Origin: an uncultured Desulfobacula sp.
GTDB lineage: Bacteria; Desulfobacterota; Desulfobacteria; Desulfobacterales; Desulfobacteraceae
Assembly (NCBI GenBank): GCA_964455805.1
Contig: CAYVZG010000002.1
Coordinates: 66,382-130,381 of the forward strand
DNA length: 64,000 nucleotides
Direction of reading: 5' to 3'
The notes below the pieces were generated by a model. It was not told where the DNA came from and did no database searches. It saw only the letters and a list, made by a program, of their open reading frames with translations. Below, piece after piece: positions 1 to 9,737 of the stretch. Every line of letters starts with the position of its first letter. The first letter of the stretch is position 1. A program made the position numbers and the translations under genes.

Positions 1-1315
1 CAGTAAAGCAGGAGCTAAAATCATAGGTGACGATACGGTTCTCATTTCTGAAAGCCTTATAAACGATGCATTGACAAAGACCCTGAAGCGCAAAGACCTT
101 TCGCTTTTTGCCAGGGATCATAAAAAGGATGTAACATTCAAAGAACATGATCCGGCCATCACCTGCATGACCATGGCCACCAGTGTCATCGATCCCTGGT
201 CCGGGAAAAAAAGGCCGGCGGAAAACGATGATCTTGAACGGCTTGTCAGGATTGCGGATCAATTGGAGTATATCAAAGTATCCGGTGGTCTGGTAACTCC
301 CCAGGATGTTAATCATACCGTCTGTGACTGGTATACCTGGGCGACCTGTATCAAGAATACGACCAAGCATATTACCGGTGGTGTTTTAGGGTACAGGGGT
401 GTGCAGGATGCCATTGAAATGGGCAGTATTGCTGCCGGCAGCAGGGAGGCATTTCTTAAAAGACCCTTTATCTCGGGCTGGGTACTTACGCTTCCTCCCC
501 TGGGTATGGATACGGCCTCTCTTGAAGCCATGATGGAAATGAACCGATACAATATCCCAATTATGCTGAGTTCCGGTCCGATTCTCGGCAGCACATCCCC
601 TGTTACCATTCCGGCCATGATCGCCCAGGCACATGCAGAGATCCTTGCTTGCATCACCCTTTCACAACTTATAAATCCCGGTGCACCCGTGGTTTATACC
701 AGCTTTGCCAGGGGTATGAATATGAAAACATCCAACATATCCATGGCTGGCCCCGAGTTCGCTGTATTAAAAGTGGCCATGGCTCAGATGGGTCTCTGGC
801 TTGATTTTCCTATCCGGATGCCATCCATGTTAAGGGATTCCAAAATACTGGATGCTCAGGCCGGGTTTGAAACGGGTATGGTAGGGACACTTTCTTCATT
901 TAATGCTGACATCATGGATGCCATGCAGCTGGATACGGATCTGGTTGTCGATTACCCGGACCTGGTATTCTGCAACGATTGTATGGCTTTTATCCGGCAT
1001 GCTTTAAGGGAAGTAAAAGTAGACCAGGCGTCTTTAGCCTTTGATTTGATTAAGGAGGTCGGGCCAGGCGGTAATTACCTGACCTGTCAGCATACGTTTA
1101 AGAACTTTAAAACTGAGCTATGGCACTCTGATCTGTTTGACCACGACAATTGGGAAAGCTGGAAAAACAAAGGGTCAAAGACCATCCGAGATAAAGCATT
1201 GGAAAAGATCTATACAATGCTTGAAATGGATTACCCATCCATTGTTTCCCCTAAACAGTCAATGGCCATAGATCTTATTGTTGAAAAAGCTGAGAATGAC
1301 TTACAAACGGCTTGA
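1..1315 (+). CDS. mttB: Trimethylamine methyltransferase (MttB/MtgB) superfamily protein, 5'-truncated by the window edge
   Basis: The frame is open from base 2 (SKAGAKIIGDDTV...). Family motifs: SPVTIPAMIAQAHAEILA, PGAPVVY, DSKILDAQAGFE, IKEVGPGGNYL. No in-frame TAG. Confidence 0.85.
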   Translation, partial: SKAGAKIIGDDTVLISESLINDALTKTLKRKDLSLFARDHKKDVTFKEHDPAITCMTMATSVIDPWSGKKRPAENDDLERLVRIADQLEYIKVSGGLVTPQDVNHTVCDWYTWATCIKNTTKHITGGVLGYRGVQDAIEMGSIAAGSREAFLKRPFISGWVLTLPPLGMDTASLEAMMEMNRYNIPIMLSSGPILGSTSPVTIPAMIAQAHAEILACITLSQLINPGAPVVYTSFARGMNMKTSNISMAGPEFAVLKVAMAQMGLWLDFPIRMPSMLRDSKILDAQAGFETGMVGTLSSFNADIMDAMQLDTDLVVDYPDLVFCNDCMAFIRHALREVKVDQASLAFDLIKEVGPGGNYLTCQHTFKNFKTELWHSDLFDHDNWESWKNKGSKTIRDKALEKIYTMLEMDYPSIVSPKQSMAIDLIVEKAENDLQTA

Positions 1316-1637
1316 TTCGTTACAGACAGCCCTAATATACTTCACTGGGTGATGATGGGTCATTCGCGAGCTGGCCAGGGTTCTTAACTGAGGATTTAAA
1401 GGTGATTTTCATACATCGAGAGATATATATTGATCATGATGATAATCCATGATGAAATGAACCAACATCCCAGAACGGCTTATTGGAGATGATTTTCGTA
1501 CCAAAAAACAAGTTCCCATCCTTAATAATTCTTTATTTTTATTTTTAAGTAAAAGTGCCTTTTCAATAACAATTTAGGCATTTTTTTAGTCAAGATTTTT
1601 ATTGATCTTTAAGCAAATAAAATGCACCCTATGAATC

Positions 1638-2588
1638 ATGAAAAACATTAGGTTTGAAAATCCGATGCTTACCAGAGAGCTCTTCGGCCATCACAATTAT
1701 AATCTGGATAAAATTTGCAAAGCGTTTAATGTGGAGATCAATACAAGGGGCAACTCCTTGTTGCTTAATGGCACAGCCCACAATACTGATCTTGCTGAAA
1801 AAATACTCCAACAACTTTATCAGCTTCTGGAAAATAAATTTTCTTTTGACGAAGCTGATTTTGATGCCGCTATAGAAATTATAAAACACAACAATAATTC
1901 CCATATCAAAGATATTTTTTCTACAACAATTTTTAAAACTATTAGAAACAAACCCATCACCCCGCGCAATCCTGCCCAAAAAAAATATGCAGAGGCAAAC
2001 CTTAAAAATGATATTCTTTTTGCCATAGGCCCCGCCGGAACCGGAAAAACATATCTTGCAATGGCTATGGCTATGGCCGCATTCTCAAGAGGGGAAATCA
2101 AAAAAATCATATTAACAAGGCCTGCGGTCGAAGCAGGAGAGACTCTGGGATTTTTACCCGGCGATCTTACCCAGAAAATAAATCCTTATCTTCGCCCTTT
2201 GTATGATTCTCTTTATGATATGATGGACTATGAAAGAGTACAAACACTTATGGAGCAGGACACTATTGAAATTGCCCCTCTTGCTTTTATGCGGGGAAGA
2301 ACCCTGAGCAATTCTTTTATTATACTTGATGAAGCCCAGAATACAACGTCGCAACAAATGAAAATGTTTCTGACACGAATTGGCTATGGATCAAAAGTCA
2401 TTGTCACAGGAGATATCACACAAATTGATCTTCCCACAGGTAAAAAATCCGGTCTTATAGAGGCTAAAGGTCTATTAAAGAAAATAAATAGAATTGAGTT
2501 TATTTATTTTTCAAAAAATGATGTTGTCCGACATAAACTGGTATCAAACATTATTGAAGCCTATGAAAAGAAACAAAAACGACAATAA
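1638..2588 (+). CDS. phoH: PhoH-family ATPase (YbeZ-like)
   Basis: GPAGTGKT Walker A, LTRPAVEAGE, LGFLPGDL, PLAFMRGRT, ILDEAQN, GDITQIDL, VVRH motifs. Confidence 0.93.
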   Translation: MKNIRFENPMLTRELFGHHNYNLDKICKAFNVEINTRGNSLLLNGTAHNTDLAEKILQQLYQLLENKFSFDEADFDAAIEIIKHNNNSHIKDIFSTTIFKTIRNKPITPRNPAQKKYAEANLKNDILFAIGPAGTGKTYLAMAMAMAAFSRGEIKKIILTRPAVEAGETLGFLPGDLTQKINPYLRPLYDSLYDMMDYERVQTLMEQDTIEIAPLAFMRGRTLSNSFIILDEAQNTTSQQMKMFLTRIGYGSKVIVTGDITQIDLPTGKKSGLIEAKGLLKKINRIEFIYFSKNDVVRHKLVSNIIEAYEKKQKRQ

Positions 2589-2829
2589 TATATAAGAATT
2601 CAATCCACCCCTTCTGACAAGTCCCATTTTCCTATGGACTTTGCTCATTCTTATCGTCCCTCTTTTAACTAGTGAACGGTTTTAAGTTTCTGACCTTCCG
2701 GTTATGCCAAAAAAGTATCCATCAGACATTAACCTTGACTGAATTTTTCCGTTGAAGTACATATTCCCTTTAAAGACGGTGAGTTCCGTTATTATTTGAT
2801 TTGCCCACGGGCAACCCAACAGGTATTTT

Positions 2830-3648
2830 TTGATGGCTGATTTTAATTATGATATAACTTTTGCCAATTATAGGATGGATGTCCGTTACGACGGGGAGCT
2901 TTACTATGGATGGCAACGGCTTAAAGACAAGCCTACGATCCAGGGCGCATTGGAACATGCTGTGACAAAATGCTTGGGATTGCGCCATAATGTTGAAGGA
3001 TCAGGTCGAACCGATCGCGGAGCCCATGCAATAGGACAGGTCGCATCTATTCGTCTTCCAGAAGATATCAACGAAAAAGAGACGTTGTTTAACCTTAACC
3101 GTGTCCTTGATAAGAACATCGAAATCACCAGTTTAAAGAAGATATCTGATAGCTTCCATGCGAGAGAATCCGCAATTGGGAAATGTTACATATATAAAAT
3201 CTGGAACCACCCCAACCTTCCATCTGAATTGAATAAAAAGGTTTGGTATGTCCCTGAAAAATTGAATGTTAAAGCTATGGATAAAGCCTGTTCATATTTT
3301 ACAGGGACTATTGATTATGCTTCGTTTGCCAAAGTTCCAAACTATAAAAGGGCAACATCGGTAAGAACTGTTCATTCTCTTACACTTACAGAAGAAAATT
3401 CCTTACTGTGCTTTTCAATTATTGCTGACGGCTTTCTTTATAAAATGGTACGCAATATCGTTCGCGCACTTGTTAAGGTTGGAGAGGGAAGATCAACTAT
3501 TGATGATATTCCCCGTATAATAGATGCAAAGAGTCGTAAGGCTGCGCCCGGTACAGCTCCCGCTTCAGGCCTTTATCTTAATACTGTATTTTATGATAAA
3601 AAAAGCATGGATGATGCAATCAAATCAGATCAGACAGAGGCAATATAA
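2830..3648 (+). CDS. truA: tRNA pseudouridine(38-40) synthase
   Basis: YDG..YYGWQ, GSGRTDRGAHA (catalytic Asp), FHAR, GFLYKMVRNIV, TAPASGLYL. Confidence 0.92.
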   Translation: MMADFNYDITFANYRMDVRYDGELYYGWQRLKDKPTIQGALEHAVTKCLGLRHNVEGSGRTDRGAHAIGQVASIRLPEDINEKETLFNLNRVLDKNIEITSLKKISDSFHARESAIGKCYIYKIWNHPNLPSELNKKVWYVPEKLNVKAMDKACSYFTGTIDYASFAKVPNYKRATSVRTVHSLTLTEENSLLCFSIIADGFLYKMVRNIVRALVKVGEGRSTIDDIPRIIDAKSRKAAPGTAPASGLYLNTVFYDKKSMDDAIKSDQTEAI

Positions 3649-4148
3649 TGGGAAAATTTGAACACCAGCGCCATAAGTTTCGAACAGGTTTAATCAAGCC
3701 CCGTGAGATAATTGTTGCATGTGTACCCATGCGGAGCAACGTGAATATTTCCCAGATCGCCCGAACCGCAAGTGCATGTGCTGTGGAGAAAATGATTATT
3801 TGCGGAAACGCATCATTAATTAATAAAATTGCCAGGGATGCCACCTCAGAGCTAACAGTTTCAAACCACAGATCCTTAGGTCCTGTACTAAAAAAGTTAA
3901 AAGCAGATGGTTACTCTATTGTGGGGATTGAACAGACATCAAACTCACAGAACATCCATCACTTCTCTTTTAAGTGTCGATCCGTTTTAGTTGTGGGCAA
4001 TGAGCGCCTTGGAATTAAGGATGATATCCTTGAGCTACTGGATGAAGTTGTCGAAATCCCCGTATGGGGAATGCCCCATAGCTACAATGCCGCTTCTGCT
4101 GCCAACATGGCTTTGTACGAATACTGCCGCCAGTTTCCAGAAGGATAA
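3648..4148 (+). CDS. SpoU/TrmH-family RNA 2'-O-methyltransferase
   Basis: SPOUT motifs NISQIART, LVVGNERLGI, EIPVWG...SYNAASA. Start overlaps the truA stop codon. Confidence 0.85.
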   Translation: MGKFEHQRHKFRTGLIKPREIIVACVPMRSNVNISQIARTASACAVEKMIICGNASLINKIARDATSELTVSNHRSLGPVLKKLKADGYSIVGIEQTSNSQNIHHFSFKCRSVLVVGNERLGIKDDILELLDEVVEIPVWGMPHSYNAASAANMALYEYCRQFPEG

Positions 4149-4365
4149 ATTTCAGCCATACCTTTTGTCATCCCTAAAAAAAATTAAAGAAGGATGGTTA
4201 TCAATCTGGAGTTTAGGAAACAAACAAAACCAAAGCTGATTTTGATTGAAAAGGCCTGTCATTTATCCTGTTTACAATTTGGGTTTATCCTGATACTCAA
4301 TTATCTGGATACAGAAGCCGCTCTTACACTGAAATTGTTTTCCGGTTACGAAAAGGAACTTTACG

Positions 4366-5529
4366 ATGGACGAAAAGACACTTCTCAAAAAATTTGAAAA
4401 ACAATCTCAAAAACTGGATATCGTAAACCGGGAAAATGAAGAGTTGCGTTTTTTAATTGAAAACCAGCAAAATAATGATGAAAAATTTAAAGCGCTTTTT
4501 GCAGCGATCCCGATTCCAATATCAATTATTCGAAAAGTAGATAGTGAAATTCTTTTTGCAAATAATCATTTCTCAGAATTGATGGGATTCCAGGGGAAAG
4601 AACTTGTGGGCCGCAAAAACTTAAATCTGTTTTATGATCTATCAGACCGAAAATTTATACGGAAAACCCTTATGGAAAAAGGCTTTATAAAATCCTTTGA
4701 ATTTCGGGCAAAAACCAGTTCAGGCAAAATAGTTTGGCTGGTTACCTCAAGCCAGCCCACCCGCTTTCACGGAGAGGAGGCATATATTGCCGGATTTTAT
4801 GATATCAGTCAACGCAAGCAGGCAGAAAATGCTCAGATAGAGATGAACAAGTCCCTTGATAAAAAAGTCAAGGAAAGAACCATTGCCTTAAAGCGATTGA
4901 ATGAACATATTGTTAACTCCGAAGAAAATGAACGTAAAGCCATTGCAATGGATCTTCATGACAGTGTAACCCAGACCATTGGGCTGTGTATTTCAAAAAT
5001 TAAGAATTTCAAAGATTCAGATCCTTTATCTGATTTGGACACTATTCTTCAAATCCAGGGACACCTTGAACAGGCCAACAGGGAGATACGGTCTATTATT
5101 TACCAGCTCAGCCCCCCTGTTTTGGATGATTTTGATATTGCAGTGGCTATTGGATTCCTCATCGAAGAGAGCAATGAGAATTTGAATGCAAAAATTAGAT
5201 ATATCAACAATATTGATAAACCTGTTTCCCTTGCTCGGACCAATAAACTGACCATGTACAGGGCCGTCAGTGAACTGATTACCAATATTTTTAAACATTC
5301 GGGTTCTTTGGAAGCTCAAATTGAATTAACTGAAATTAAAAACAACATTCAGGTATCCGTTGAAGATAAGGGCAAAGGTTTTGATATTGACAGCATCCAT
5401 GAAGATAATTATGGCGGTTTTGGATTGTATAGCCTTTCTGAACGATTGATAAATATGGGGGGTCAATTAATCGTAAGTTCAACTATTGGAAAGGGAACCA
5501 AAGTTATCGTGTCTGTCCCTGTTATATAG
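4366..5529 (+). CDS. Soluble PAS-domain sensor histidine kinase (HisKA_3, NarX/NreB type)
   Basis: PAS/PAC segment, EENERKAIAMDLHDSVTQ H-box, ELITNIFKHS N-box, DKGKGF and GFGL G-boxes. Confidence 0.88.
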   Translation: MDEKTLLKKFEKQSQKLDIVNRENEELRFLIENQQNNDEKFKALFAAIPIPISIIRKVDSEILFANNHFSELMGFQGKELVGRKNLNLFYDLSDRKFIRKTLMEKGFIKSFEFRAKTSSGKIVWLVTSSQPTRFHGEEAYIAGFYDISQRKQAENAQIEMNKSLDKKVKERTIALKRLNEHIVNSEENERKAIAMDLHDSVTQTIGLCISKIKNFKDSDPLSDLDTILQIQGHLEQANREIRSIIYQLSPPVLDDFDIAVAIGFLIEESNENLNAKIRYINNIDKPVSLARTNKLTMYRAVSELITNIFKHSGSLEAQIELTEIKNNIQVSVEDKGKGFDIDSIHEDNYGGFGLYSLSERLINMGGQLIVSSTIGKGTKVIVSVPVI

Positions 5530-5555
5530 ATGACATTTGAAACTCCCACACCATT

Positions 5556-6137
5556 TTATTTATATCCTCTTTTTAATAATATCCCGGCCATTGCCGCGAA
5601 TTTCTTCTGGGATGGAATATCAAAATCCAGGGAGTCGGCAATACGATCAATGATATTGAAATAGGCGCATACATAAATCGCATCTTCAATGGCCTGGTGC
5701 TTTATGCCAGCTTCTATTAAGGGTTTAATGTCTTCCGGGCCCACTTGATAAGGCCTTAATGTTAATTTTTCCAAAAGCTTTAATGTTGTCTCCAATTTTT
5801 TGCTTATGGGTTCTTTGGATCCATCTGCCAATATGTCATTCACATAGGCTTTTCCAAGCACCTTTGATGCAACTGCACCATGGGCGCCCGTTCAGAACTG
5901 ACATTGGTTTTTTTTCGACACATAGGCTGCAAACAACTCTCGTTCTGCCACAGTCCAATCAGAAGGCCCTCTCATAATCTCATTTAACCCACGTCCATAA
6001 GGCTTTCCGAAAAGTTCAGGCCGATACATTGCGGTTCGAATGACATCTGATGCTTTGGAGCGTGTGAGGACACTGATGATACCCAATACAATCTTTTGCC
6101 TGAACCCATGCCCCGTCTCAACTTTTTTCAATCGCAT
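5556..6137 (-). CDS. AhpD/carboxymuconolactone-decarboxylase-like peroxidase, probable selenoprotein (CQFU, Sec at UGA 5892-5894), 193 aa
   Basis: ORFs 5892..6137 and 5556..5861 are in the same frame, separated by one TGA plus 10 sense codons. The joined sequence is ERELFAAYVSKKNQCQF-U-TGAHGAVAS, where TGA occupies the second Cys of the AhpD CxxC..H motif. A SECIS-like hairpin follows. Confidence 0.85.
5858..5887 (-). promoter_or_regulatory. Putative bacterial SECIS element for UGA 5892-5894
   Basis: Minus-strand RNA GCGCC-cau-GGUGC-[AGUU]-GCAUC-aaa-GGUGC forms a two-part stem. G is at loop position 2, and the loop begins 17 nt after the UGA. Confidence 0.65.
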
Positions 6138-6471
6138 GTTTTGCTCCTTTCAAGGCATTCAATCCTTGGTTTAAACGTCCGACACCAGCTCCCAAAGCTG
6201 CACTTAAGGTGATTTCAAAAACAGCATCTTCAGAATAACCTGCCTGTAATAATGCATTTATATCTTCATCTATCACTTTAAAGGCCTGATTTGATACCTT
6301 ATCCACATAGGATTCCAGTTCAAGAGGAATTTTTGGAAGGTTTTCCGGTTTTGTGCCGCCTGTTTGTCCGGATGATCTTGCCTTTACATTTTTTCTCAAT
6401 TCAGGATCTGTGTCGCCGGCCGTCGTACAGACGGCCTCAATCAGTTGTGATAAATTTAATTGGTTGTTCAT
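6118..6471 (-). CDS. Small AhpD/CMD-like helical protein without CxxC; partner of the downstream selenoprotein
   Basis: EDINALLQAGYSEDAVFEITLSAALGAG resembles the C-terminal half of the downstream protein (EDIKPLIEAGIKHQAIEDAI). The two genes overlap by 20 nt. Confidence 0.7.
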   Translation of the reverse strand: MNNQLNLSQLIEAVCTTAGDTDPELRKNVKARSSGQTGGTKPENLPKIPLELESYVDKVSNQAFKVIDEDINALLQAGYSEDAVFEITLSAALGAGVGRLNQGLNALKGAKHAIEKS

Positions 6472-6591
6472 AATAAACCCTTTCTTGAATCATTTTTGTC
6501 ACAATCATCAGATCTGCCCCCGTGCTAAATCGCTGTCATTTTTTCCTATAAAATCAAGCCGGCTTTTTTTTGGCTGAACTGCCTGCTGAAT

Positions 6592-6620
6592 AAATTAGAC
6601 CGGTCGTCTATAAATGTCAA
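6592..6620 (-). promoter_or_regulatory. Putative sigma-70 promoter with palindromic operator in the spacer
   Basis: Minus strand TTGACA (6620-6615) - 17 nt - TAATTT (6597-6592), with palindrome TAGAC-CGGTC-GTCTA at 6596-6610. Confidence 0.5.
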
Positions 6621-6816
6621 GCCAATATTCCAGCACCCGAGGTGTGCTTTTTCTTAACTGCCATTTCATCCCCATGATCCCTGGTACACAAATGAACAAA
6701 ATCTAAAAATGAAATATTTGTTTCTTTTTATATTAGAATGAAATCTTTTTCTTGATTTACGCCTTTGAATCTGTTTTGAATTGTTGGGTACCTTAAATTA
6801 CAATAAGGAATTTACC

Positions 6817-8136
6817 ATGAACACGGATCGAGTGATTGAATTTATTTTAAAGACAAACTTTCATGATTTTCCCGAAAAAATCCAGCATCAGTCCAAACGA
6901 TGCCTCATGGATGCACTTGGTGCAATGATTTCCGGCACTCAGACCCCTGTTTGCGAGACCATGACAAAGATTGCGACCATGCAAATGGGAAATGGTAACA
7001 CCACCTTAATCGGTTCGGGAATTAAATTGTCTTCAATGGGAGCCGCTTTGACAAACGGATTTGCCGCCAATGCTCTGGATATTGATGATGGGTGCAGGCT
7101 GGCAAAGGGACATCCAGGTGCCAGCGTTCTTCCTGTGGCTCTGGCTGCAGCAGAAAATACTGACACCTGCAACGGACCAAAATTTCTTACCGCATTGATC
7201 ATAGGATATGAAACAGCCATTAGAGCTGCATATATCCGTCATGCTACAACATCTGTTTATCATTCATCCGGAAGCTGGGGGGCAATTGGTGGTGCCGCCG
7301 CAGCCGGAAAATTATTGAATCTGGATAAAATCACCCTGTTTAACGCTTTGGGAACATCTGAGTATCATGCCCCTATTGCGCCGATGATGAAAGGTATTGA
7401 AAAAGCCGGCATGGTCAAAGACAGTATTGGATGGGGTGCTCTTGTTGCCATGGCTTCCGTGGAAATGGCAAGGGCAGGATTCACCGGTATTCAGCCCATA
7501 TTTGATGACTCCCCCAACCCGGAATGGATCGATTCCCTTGGCAGGGATTTTGAAATCTTGAATCTGTTTTTTAAACCATACGCTGCCTGCAGATGGGCAC
7601 AACCCGGTGTGGACGGTGTCCTCAAAATTATGGAACAAGAAAATTTAACCCCGGAACACATCAGGAAAATCCGTATTTATACCTTTGGTGAAGCGGCTGC
7701 ATTGAGCCGCAATTATCCTCAGAATACTGAAGATGCCCAGTACAATCTTTCCTATCCCATTGCAGCGGCCGTATTTGATGGCCGGATCGGGCCGGAACAG
7801 ATGTTGCCGCCTCGAATTTTTGACAAAGACATCCTTGCTATGATGGACAGGATCAAAGTCATTGTTGAAGAAAAATTTCAAAATGAGTTCCCGGCCAAAA
7901 CCCTTGCTAATATAAAAATCGAAGATAACAGGGGCCGGGTCCATGAATCCGGTATCATGTCAGCCAGGTGGGATTTAAGTAATAAACTGCCGTCTGATAA
8001 GGAACTTGAAGAAAAATTTATATGGCTTGTTAAACCCGTTTTGGGTAAAACCCGTGCCCGGTTATTGAAGGATATGATCTGGAACTTTGAAACGGTTGAC
8101 TGCATCGACAATATGATTGTTCTGTGCGTTAAATAA
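6817..8136 (+). CDS. MmgE/PrpD family protein
   Basis: NGFAANALDIDDG, GHPGASVLPVALA, FKPYAACRWAQ, DAQYNLSY motifs. ATG at 6817 follows AAGGAA. Confidence 0.88.
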   Translation: MNTDRVIEFILKTNFHDFPEKIQHQSKRCLMDALGAMISGTQTPVCETMTKIATMQMGNGNTTLIGSGIKLSSMGAALTNGFAANALDIDDGCRLAKGHPGASVLPVALAAAENTDTCNGPKFLTALIIGYETAIRAAYIRHATTSVYHSSGSWGAIGGAAAAGKLLNLDKITLFNALGTSEYHAPIAPMMKGIEKAGMVKDSIGWGALVAMASVEMARAGFTGIQPIFDDSPNPEWIDSLGRDFEILNLFFKPYAACRWAQPGVDGVLKIMEQENLTPEHIRKIRIYTFGEAAALSRNYPQNTEDAQYNLSYPIAAAVFDGRIGPEQMLPPRIFDKDILAMMDRIKVIVEEKFQNEFPAKTLANIKIEDNRGRVHESGIMSARWDLSNKLPSDKELEEKFIWLVKPVLGKTRARLLKDMIWNFETVDCIDNMIVLCVK

Positions 8137-8159
8137 AGTATTTATGAAAGGAGGGATGA

Positions 8160-9629
8160 ATGACTACAGGTGGCCTAATAGGAGGCATTTACAAGCCTTT
8201 GACAGATCAGCAGATCGAAACCATTCATGAAAAAGCTCTTGATATCCTTGAGCAGGTGGGCCTTGGATATGAAGACAACCTTGAGGCGCTTGAAATGCTT
8301 AAAAAAGCCGGCTGCAAAATTGATGGCAACGCCCGCAAAGTATTTATGCCCCGGGGCCTTGTCGCAAAAATGGTTAACAAGGCACCCGGAGAATTCACAC
8401 TTTACAGCAGAGATGGAAAAAATGATCTTTTTATCGGTAAAGACAGGGTCTATGCCGGGACCGGCGGAACCACGGTGAGTATTCTTGATCTTGAAACCGG
8501 TAAAATGCGGGAAACCCTTCTCAAAGATCAGTACAAAATAAGCAAATTGGTTGACACACTGGATAATATTCATTTTTATCAAAGTGCCGTAGTCCCCCTT
8601 GATATACCTGGAGAACGCTATGATCCTAATATATTGTTTGCCGCCATGATGGGGACAAACAAACATATCATGTTTGGCTGTAACTTTTGTTCAGGACTGA
8701 GGGAATCATTTAAAATTGCCTCAATGGTTGTCGGCGGAGATGACATCCTAAGGACAAAGCCTGTATTCTCCATATCGGCCTGTGTCATTATCAGCCCGTT
8801 AAAATTTTGTTCTCAAAGCGTTGCAAATATTCAACAGGCGGCAAAACTGGGAATACCCACCACCATAACCAGTGCGCCCATGAGTGGTTCAACCGCTCCA
8901 ATGACAATGGCTGGTACGCTTTTGCAAACCCATGCAGAAGAGCTTGCGGGAATAACGCTCCATCAATTGACCGTACCGGGAGCACCTGTTCTGTATGGTG
9001 CCCTGCCGGCAAGAGCAGATATGAAAACCATGGGATACCGGGGAGGTGCCATAGAATGTGGAATGATGCAGGCGGCCCAGCACCAGCTCAGCCAGCGAAT
9101 TGACATCCCCAACTATGCATCATCAGGCTTGAGTGATTCAAAAGTTCCTGATGCACAGGCTGGCTGGGAAAAAGCCTTTACCACACTGTTGGCTGTTATG
9201 GGGGGAAATAATTATATTCACCATGCTGCCGGAATGCTGGAATCTATGAATGCTGTTGCATTTGAACAATATATTATTGATGATGAAATAATTGGAGCCA
9301 GCTGCAATTTGTTGAAAGGCATCTGCGTGGATGAGGAGCATCTGGGTTTTGATGCCATAAAAGAAGTAGGCCCGGGCGGACATTTCCTCATGAGTTCACA
9401 CACCTTAAAGCATATGCGGTCCGAATATTTTCAGGGCAACGGCATCAGTCACACGGCTAATAGAATCGCTTGGGAAAAACAGGGAAGCCCTGATACCTGG
9501 CAAAGGGCAAACAAAATGGCAAAATCGATCATTTATAATGATATTGTCCCCAAGATTGATGGGGACATTGAAGCACAGATAAGGGACCAATTTGATATGG
9601 CACTTGATCTGGGCAAGCAAAATCATTAG
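8160..9629 (+). CDS. mttB: MttB/MtgB-superfamily methyltransferase (non-pyrrolysine)
   Basis: IETIHEKALDILEQVG, APMSGSTAPMTMAGTL, PGAPVLYG, SSGLSDSKVPDAQAG, VGPGGHFL. No in-frame TAG. Confidence 0.92.
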   Translation: MTTGGLIGGIYKPLTDQQIETIHEKALDILEQVGLGYEDNLEALEMLKKAGCKIDGNARKVFMPRGLVAKMVNKAPGEFTLYSRDGKNDLFIGKDRVYAGTGGTTVSILDLETGKMRETLLKDQYKISKLVDTLDNIHFYQSAVVPLDIPGERYDPNILFAAMMGTNKHIMFGCNFCSGLRESFKIASMVVGGDDILRTKPVFSISACVIISPLKFCSQSVANIQQAAKLGIPTTITSAPMSGSTAPMTMAGTLLQTHAEELAGITLHQLTVPGAPVLYGALPARADMKTMGYRGGAIECGMMQAAQHQLSQRIDIPNYASSGLSDSKVPDAQAGWEKAFTTLLAVMGGNNYIHHAAGMLESMNAVAFEQYIIDDEIIGASCNLLKGICVDEEHLGFDAIKEVGPGGHFLMSSHTLKHMRSEYFQGNGISHTANRIAWEKQGSPDTWQRANKMAKSIIYNDIVPKIDGDIEAQIRDQFDMALDLGKQNH

Positions 9630-9737
9630 ATTTTTCTATCTATTTTGCGGGTTTTGCTGCTGATAAAAGCCAGGCCATTGGTATTACCAATTAAAATGGG
9701 TTGTTTCATGGTTAAAAAGGATTTTTCAAACGGCCAT

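Noticed and set aside
5556..6137. Calling the AhpD-like and DsbA-like split ORFs pseudogenes
   Set aside because: In both, the only interruption is a TGA at a catalytic Cys position followed by a SECIS-like hairpin, so Sec recoding is the simpler explanation.
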